DNA of 64,000 nt from Gemmatimonas sp. Its GTDB lineage: Bacteria > Gemmatimonadota > Gemmatimonadetes > Gemmatimonadales > Gemmatimonadaceae. The first letter of the stretch is position 1. Every line of letters starts with the position of its first letter. Of the stretch, positions 58,587 through 64,000 are shown piece by piece. The stretch spans positions 832,001 to 896,000 of the forward strand of contig OZ257156.1 in the NCBI GenBank assembly GCA_965279375.1, given 5' to 3'. The position numbers and the translations under genes are program-made. The notes under the pieces are model-generated. The model made no database searches. It saw only the letters and a list, made by a program, of their open reading frames with translations, and was not told the origin of the DNA.

Positions 58587-58961
58587 TCAGCGCGGCTTCT
58601 TGGCGCGCGTCGATGATGCCTTCGCCCGACGCGCCTTGGCCCGACGGGCGACGGCCACGGCACGTGTCCCCCACGTGCGCAACGCGTCCTGATCTTCGAT
58701 CAGTTCGGCGGACACCTCGTAGTACTGCATCGATTCGCCACCGTCACCGAACGGACGCCAAGGCCCCATGCCGATCGCCTGGAAATCCCCGCGCGTCTCG
58801 TCGTCGACCTTGAAGAACAACGTGTCGTTGTCCATCAGCGCGAAGAAGAACGTACCGCTATAGACGCCGACGCCGCCGAACATGCTGCGGGAACGCACCT
58901 CCGGGAGCGCACGCGCCAACTGCTCGAGCACGAACGCCTTGTAACTCTCACTGACTGCCAT
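58587..58961 (-). CDS. TfoX/Sxy N-terminal domain protein
   Basis: R.MFGG.G.Y....FFAL.D...FFKVD; M.YY.V. Confidence 0.9.
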   Translation of the reverse strand: MAVSESYKAFVLEQLARALPEVRSRSMFGGVGVYSGTFFFALMDNDTLFFKVDDETRGDFQAIGMGPWRPFGDGGESMQYYEVSAELIEDQDALRTWGTRAVAVARRAKARRAKASSTRAKKPR

Positions 58962-59000
58962 GGTCTCCTCCTGCTGCCGAACTGCGTTCCGACGAACGTG

Positions 59001-59432
59001 CTACTTGCCCTGCACCGCGATGCATTCGATCTCCATGCGCGCGTCGCGTGCGAGTCCGCTCGCGCCGAGTGCGCTGCGCGCCGGCTTGTGCGTGGGGAAG
59101 AAGGTCGCGTACACCACATTCATCGCCGGCCACTCCTTCATGTCCGCCATGAAGACCGTGCACTTCACCACGCGATCCATCGTGGAGCCGTTGGCCTCGA
59201 CCACCTTCTTGATGTTGAGCAACGTCTGCCTGGTTTCCGCCTCGACGCCGCCCTTGACCAGATTGCCCGTGCTGTCCGTACCGATCTGGCCGGAAAGATA
59301 GAGCATCTTGCCAACGCGCACCGCAGGAGAAAACGGCCCCAGCGCCGGTCCCGGTGGCGCAATGAACTCCGGCGTCGTGGAGGCGCAGGCACCGAGTGTG
59401 ACGCAGGCGAGCAGGAGAGGGATCAGACGCAT
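59001..59432 (-). CDS. RidA/YjgF family protein with lipoprotein-type signal
   Basis: GPFSPAV, LYLSGQIG, VVKCTVF, MN.VY..FF..HKPARS, IECIA; N-terminus MRLIPLLLACVTLGAC. Confidence 0.9.
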   Translation of the reverse strand: MRLIPLLLACVTLGACASTTPEFIAPPGPALGPFSPAVRVGKMLYLSGQIGTDSTGNLVKGGVEAETRQTLLNIKKVVEANGSTMDRVVKCTVFMADMKEWPAMNVVYATFFPTHKPARSALGASGLARDARMEIECIAVQGK

Positions 59433-59484
59433 GACGCAGCGACTCCTTGAAAGTTCCGGCTGACGAACACGTTGTGCGAGCGCA

Positions 59485-60030
59485 TCACGCCGGTTGCAGC
59501 GGCCATTGCTCGATGGTGCCACTCAGCGTGACACCGCCGTGCACGAGATAGACTGTACCATCGGTCACGGACAATTCCAGTGACATGCGACGATCGAGCC
59601 GAGCGACAAGGGAATCGATCAAGTCACGGTCGACCGCGAAGAGCCCGATCGACTCTGCCTTGTGGATGCGCTCGCCGGCCACTTGCCGCTGCAGCGACGC
59701 GGGATCCTTGTGCGTGTAGATCGCGACGCGCGGCGACGCCTTGCTGGCTTTATGCAACCGTGCAGCATCGGGCGCGCCGATTTCGATCCACACCTTGAGC
59801 GCTCCGGTGAGATCACGCACGGCGATCGGGGGTTCGTCCGGATCGGAGATACCGCGTGAGAACGCGATGCCCTCCTGATATTCAAGGCAGTACGCCAGCA
59901 GCCGCGTGACGAAGTACTCCGCCGACTCGGACGGGTGCATCGGCACGCGCAGCTGCAGCGTTTCGTACACTCCGCGATCCACATGCGCGAGCTGGATCTC
60001 GAAGACATACATCGTGGACGTGAGCGCCAT
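59485..60030 (-). CDS. yaeQ: YaeQ family protein
   Basis: DR.VY, HPSE, RLLAY, F..G....DEP, WIE.G.P...RL.KA. Confidence 0.92.
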   Translation of the reverse strand: MALTSTMYVFEIQLAHVDRGVYETLQLRVPMHPSESAEYFVTRLLAYCLEYQEGIAFSRGISDPDEPPIAVRDLTGALKVWIEIGAPDAARLHKASKASPRVAIYTHKDPASLQRQVAGERIHKAESIGLFAVDRDLIDSLVARLDRRMSLELSVTDGTVYLVHGGVTLSGTIEQWPLQPA

Positions 60031-60032
60031 GC

Positions 60033-60956
60033 TTACTTGACGAACGTCATCCAGCCAAACGTGTCCTCGGCGCGACCATGGACGATGTCGAGGAACGCCT
60101 TCTGCATCTTGAGCGTGATCGGTCCCGGCTTGCCCGCGCCGATCTTGATGCGATCGATGCTGCGCACCGGCGTGAGTTCGACGGCCGTGCCCGTGAAGAA
60201 CACTTCGTCGGCGGTGTAGAGCATCTCGCGCGGAATCATCTGCTCGCGGAACGGAATGCCTTCGCGCGCCGCGAGTGCAATGATCGTGGACCGCGTGATG
60301 CCGCTCAGCAGCGTGCCATCGAGTGGCGTGGTGATGAGCGTGCCGTCCTGCACCAGGAACACGTTCTGTCCGGCGCCTTCGCTCACCATGCCGCCCGGTC
60401 CAAGGGCAATGCCTTCAGCGTAGCCATTGGCCATCGCTTCGGTCTTGATCAGCTGTCCGCTCAGATAGTTGCCGGCAATCTTGGCCAGCGACGGAACAGT
60501 ATTCGGCGCCATGCGATGCCAGCTCGACACGCACGCATCCACGCCAGCCGCGAGTGCATCGGGGCCGAGGTAGGCGCCCCACGGCCACACCGGCACGTAC
60601 ACCTCGATGGGACTATCGAACGGCGCCATGCCCATCGCGCCGAGTCCGCGCACTACCATGGGTCGGATGTAGCAGAACTTCACTTCGTTCTTCACCACGG
60701 TGGCACGACAGGCGTCGATCAGCTCGTCCATCGTGTACGGAATTTCCGTGCGATAGATGTGGCACGAGTGATAGAGGCGCTGCAGATGTTCGCGCAGACG
60801 GAAGATCGCGCTGCCCTTCGGCGTGTCGTAGCAGCGAATCCCCTCGAACGCTGCCGATCCGAACTGCACGGCGTGACTGAGGATGTGCACGTTCGCCTCG
60901 GCCCAGGGCACGAAGTTGCCGTTCTTCCAGATCCAGTTCGTTTCGGGGATAGCCAT
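60033..60956 (-). CDS. ilvE: Branched-chain amino acid aminotransferase
   Basis: FEGIRCY, YIRP, AKIAGNY, EGAGQN, GITR, ADEVFFTGTAVE.TP. Confidence 0.95.
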   Translation of the reverse strand: MAIPETNWIWKNGNFVPWAEANVHILSHAVQFGSAAFEGIRCYDTPKGSAIFRLREHLQRLYHSCHIYRTEIPYTMDELIDACRATVVKNEVKFCYIRPMVVRGLGAMGMAPFDSPIEVYVPVWPWGAYLGPDALAAGVDACVSSWHRMAPNTVPSLAKIAGNYLSGQLIKTEAMANGYAEGIALGPGGMVSEGAGQNVFLVQDGTLITTPLDGTLLSGITRSTIIALAAREGIPFREQMIPREMLYTADEVFFTGTAVELTPVRSIDRIKIGAGKPGPITLKMQKAFLDIVHGRAEDTFGWMTFVK

Positions 60957-60982
60957 CGGATGCCTGTGTGTGTGTGAAGAGA

Positions 60983-61771
60983 CTAGAGCAGCGTGGCGAC
61001 TTCGCCACCATCAACGCAGATCGATTGCCCGGTGATGAAGCCCGCGCGATCGGAGGACAGAAACGCAATCGTTGCCGCCAGCTCTTCCGGGCGACCGAGT
61101 CGCTTGACCGGAATGTTGGCGCGCCAGCCTTCGTAGACGACGTCTTTCGTCGCGCCGGTACGCGCCGTCGTGGCCGCAGCGAGTGCGCCGAGGCGTTCGG
61201 TGTCCGTCATGCCGGGCATGACCGTGTTGACCGTCACGCCGTCAACACCGACATCTGTGGCGAGCGTACGCAGATAGCCGGTGACTGCGGCACGCAGGCT
61301 GTTGCTCAGCACGAGGGCATTGACCGGATACTTGACCGCCTTGGAGGTGATCGCGACGACGCGTCCCCATTTGCGTTCGCGCATTCCCGGCACGAAGGCG
61401 CGCGTCAGCTCAACGACGCTGCGGAGCAGCAGATGCGTCGCCTGCTCCCACGCGGCCCACGCGTGTTCCATGGGCGCGCCGGTTGGTGGGCCACCCGTGT
61501 TGGTGATGAGAATGTCCACGTGACCGTAGTGCGCGTTCACGCCATCGATGACGGCGGTGATGCCTTCCATCGTGCTCAAGTCGGCAACGATCTGCAGCAC
61601 CGGCACGCCGTGCGCTTCGAGGCGCTTGGCTGCATCGGCCAACGAGGCGGCATCGCGCGAGCAGATCGCGAGCTGCGCACCTTCCTTGGCAAACTCTTCG
61701 GCGGTGGCGTAAGCGATGCCTTTGCTGGCACCGCACACCAACGCGACTTTGCCGCGTATACCTAGGTCCAT
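60983..61771 (-). CDS. SDR family oxidoreductase
   Basis: GASKGIA, NTGGPP, SNSLR, N.V.PG..DT.R, ITGQ.I.VDGG. Confidence 0.92.
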   Translation of the reverse strand: MDLGIRGKVALVCGASKGIAYATAEEFAKEGAQLAICSRDAASLADAAKRLEAHGVPVLQIVADLSTMEGITAVIDGVNAHYGHVDILITNTGGPPTGAPMEHAWAAWEQATHLLLRSVVELTRAFVPGMRERKWGRVVAITSKAVKYPVNALVLSNSLRAAVTGYLRTLATDVGVDGVTVNTVMPGMTDTERLGALAAATTARTGATKDVVYEGWRANIPVKRLGRPEELAATIAFLSSDRAGFITGQSICVDGGEVATLL

Positions 61772-62167
61772 CTACTTGGCCCCGCGCAGATAGCCGTCGT
61801 CCTTGTCGATCCAGTCCTGGCGCGGCGGATTGAAGACGTCCACGTCGAGGGTGTCTTCGAGAGCTTCGGCGCGGTGACGCAGGTTGGGCGGAATCACCAG
61901 CACTTCGCCTGCGCCGATATCGGTGTAGACGTCGCCCGGCGCGTCAGCGTGCGCACCCAGCCAGAAGCGCAGCACACCGGAGATGACGTAGGTGAACTGC
62001 TCGTTGTGATGATCGTGCGCCGGCACGATCGCGCCCTTCTTGAGATAGACATGGGCGAGCATCATGCGCTCGCTCCAGATCAACCGACGACCGATGAGTG
62101 GATTCATCTCTTCGATCGGCATGGCATCCCATGTGAACTTGCGCGGATCAGCTATCGGATCGGACAT
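61772..62167 (-). CDS. Cupin domain protein
   Basis: HDHHNEQ..Y..SG, GE...IP.N..H, DVF.PPR.DW. Confidence 0.9.
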   Translation of the reverse strand: MSDPIADPRKFTWDAMPIEEMNPLIGRRLIWSERMMLAHVYLKKGAIVPAHDHHNEQFTYVISGVLRFWLGAHADAPGDVYTDIGAGEVLVIPPNLRHRAEALEDTLDVDVFNPPRQDWIDKDDGYLRGAK

Positions 62168-62213
62168 CGGAGCCTGTCGTGGTGAGCGTGGAGTGACGAA
62201 ACCTGACCAAGCG

Positions 62214-62849
62214 TCAGGTGCCTTCGACGTAGACCGCTTGCTGTACGTAGCGTCGTTCCTGAATCTCCTGCAGCAGGAAGGCCGCCAATGATGCACGACT
62301 CATGCGACTGCGCAGTCCCACCGCCAGATCGGTCGCGGCGCGGGCGGGCGTCACCTCGGAACTCTCGGTCAGGCGCGGCGGCTTGACCAGCGTCCAATCG
62401 AGCTTGCTGCCGCGCACCACGCGCTCCTGCGCAGCGCGGTCTTCCGCTTGTTCGTCGTCGCCGATGCGTCGAATCGCGAACTCCAGCGTGCGCATCGGAA
62501 TCGAGATGTTGCCGGCCGACTCGCCGATCATCGCGCCCGTCAGCACCAGCAAGCGGCGCTGCCCCTGCGCCTGCATCCCTTCGATGATCGCCTTGGTCGA
62601 CTTGGACGTGAACACATGACGTGCCTTGGGGCGCGGACCAAAGAGCACGACCACGGCCTCCGCACCACGCAGCACCTCGCGCACCGCCGTCGGGTCGGTA
62701 AGGGCGCCAACCACCACCGTCGCCAACGGAGGCGCATCATCTTCGGGCGCCGATCGATAGTGCAGACGAAGCGCGTGTCCAGCAGCACTGGCCGCCGTGA
62801 TGAAGGCGCGACCGGCACGTCCGGAGGCACCGAAAACCGATATGATCAT
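62214..62849 (-). CDS. NAD(P)H-binding (flavin reductase-like) protein
   Basis: VFGASGRAG Rossmann motif; LDWTLVKPP.L; SRA.LA.F. Confidence 0.85.
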   Translation of the reverse strand: MIISVFGASGRAGRAFITAASAAGHALRLHYRSAPEDDAPPLATVVVGALTDPTAVREVLRGAEAVVVLFGPRPKARHVFTSKSTKAIIEGMQAQGQRRLLVLTGAMIGESAGNISIPMRTLEFAIRRIGDDEQAEDRAAQERVVRGSKLDWTLVKPPRLTESSEVTPARAATDLAVGLRSRMSRASLAAFLLQEIQERRYVQQAVYVEGT

Positions 62850-63466
62850 GGCGTTTGCGAAAGCGAGCGCGCAGTCGTGCGCACCGAAACGATGGAGTCG
62901 GCGAGCTTGCGCGCCGATTGATACGAACGCCCTTCCGGGCGCCACGTGGTCAGGCTGTCCGACCCACGATAGCCGAAGCGCAGGCCGTTACACACCGCCC
63001 ACCCACCGTCGTCGTCAGGAACGAGATCCCACTCGAGCACGGCTCGGGCCACTCGCTCCCGCGCCACAAACCGATCGGTCGCACGCCGATCCACATCCTG
63101 TTCTGCCACCGTCACCACTTCGGCCCGCCCCACGATGGTCCCCTCGCGCAGCTCGAACGGGTGCAGCGTGAAATCGGCCAGCAGCATCGACGGAAACGAC
63201 GGCGCACCGGACTCCCCACATGCCGCATCGGCGGCCGGCGGCAGCGCGTCACTGGTCGCATTCGACTCGCGCGACGCCGTGAGCCACGCCGCCAGCGCGG
63301 TTTCTGCCGCACGTAGCACGGCACTGTCAGCACGCGCTACGTCGGCTACCTCGGTCTTGGATGCACGCCCAACGTCCGCGACAGCCGAATGCTCCGCGGC
63401 CTCACCACCGGCGGTGCACGCGGCAAGGCACATCAGCATCGCCCCGGCGGCAGGACGACGGGTCAT
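62846..63466 (-). CDS. Hypothetical lipoprotein
   Basis: Lipobox-like LAAC; ATGA overlap with the downstream gene. Confidence 0.65.
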   Translation of the reverse strand: MTRRPAAGAMLMCLAACTAGGEAAEHSAVADVGRASKTEVADVARADSAVLRAAETALAAWLTASRESNATSDALPPAADAACGESGAPSFPSMLLADFTLHPFELREGTIVGRAEVVTVAEQDVDRRATDRFVARERVARAVLEWDLVPDDDGGWAVCNGLRFGYRGSDSLTTWRPEGRSYQSARKLADSIVSVRTTARSLSQTP

Positions 63467-63603
63467 CGGACGAATGGGAGGGAGGACACCCACGCAACAT
63501 GCACCCAAGCCAGCCAAGGCGGGAGCGTCTACCTTCCCGGGAGCGTTACTTCCCAGTCCAGCGCTCCCAGCATCACCATCGACTCAGCCCGGAGTTCCGC
63601 GTC

Positions 63604-64000
63604 GTGTCACGTCAGGCCGTGCCGTCAGACATCGAAATCGCCCAGCAGGCGCAGATGCGCCCCATCGTGGACGTCGCCGCCGACTTGGGTCTCGGTGCCG
63701 ACGACATCGATCTCTACGGCCGATTCAAGGCGAAGCTGCCACTCGAACTCGCCACACGGCCAGCGCGCGGCCGTCTGGTGCTCGTCACCGCGATCAATCC
63801 CACGCCAGCCGGCGAAGGCAAGAGCACGGTGAGCGTCGGCCTGGCGCAAGCGCTGCGACGCATCGGCACGAACGCGATTCTCTGCATGCGCGAGCCGAGT
63901 CTGGGGCCGGTGTTTGGCGTGAAGGGCGGCGCGGCGGGCGGCGGCTACTCGCAGGTGCTGCCGATGGATGACATCAACCTGCACTTCACGGGTGACTTCC
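63604..64000 (+). CDS. fhs: Formate--tetrahydrofolate ligase (3'-truncated by window edge)
   Basis: Manual translation: SDIEIAQ...YGRFKAK...[16 protein letters not shown]...[44 protein letters not shown] before GTG 63604. Confidence 0.95.
   Translation, partial: MSRQAVPSDIEIAQQAQMRPIVDVAADLGLGADDIDLYGRFKAKLPLELATRPARGRLVLVTAINPTPAGEGKSTVSVGLAQALRRIGTNAILCMREPSLGPVFGVKGGAAGGGYSQVLPMDDINLHFTGDF

Overview
High-GC bacterial chromosomal segment with about 52 CDS and no rRNA, tRNA, CRISPR array, transposase or integrase that I can recognise. The gene repertoire (SusC/SusD pair, Hanks-type kinase, a PEP-CTERM protein ending VPEPSTYALMAAGL, many exported hydrolases) suggests a Gemmatimonas-like organism; this is inference. 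Most of the window encodes housekeeping enzymes (DeaD, IlvE, Fhs, SseA, IorAB-like oxidoreductase) and secreted hydrolases. The standout is 10.6-21.9 kb. There the normally contiguous ligase-associated DNA-repair cluster (MBL exonuclease, ATP-dependent ligase, Lhr-core helicase, PdeM phosphoesterase) is split by a ~5.3 kb four-gene module. The module encodes a PEP-CTERM surface protein with an ECF-like promoter, an ECF sigma factor, a single-TM anti-sigma-like protein, and a signal-peptide-bearing TPR-CHAT (caspase-like) protease with intact His/Cys dyad. It looks like a CRISPR-independent, envelope-located protease/anti-sigma/sigma signalling cassette. Smaller oddities: a peptidoglycan amidase with Phe in place of its expected Zn-ligand Cys, short tandem repeats anchored on three stop codons, a 1.5-kaa PD40-amidohydrolase-beta-lactamase fusion, and a lipoprotein-type RidA. 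All annotations come from motif recognition by eye; many start codons were adjusted manually from the ORF track.
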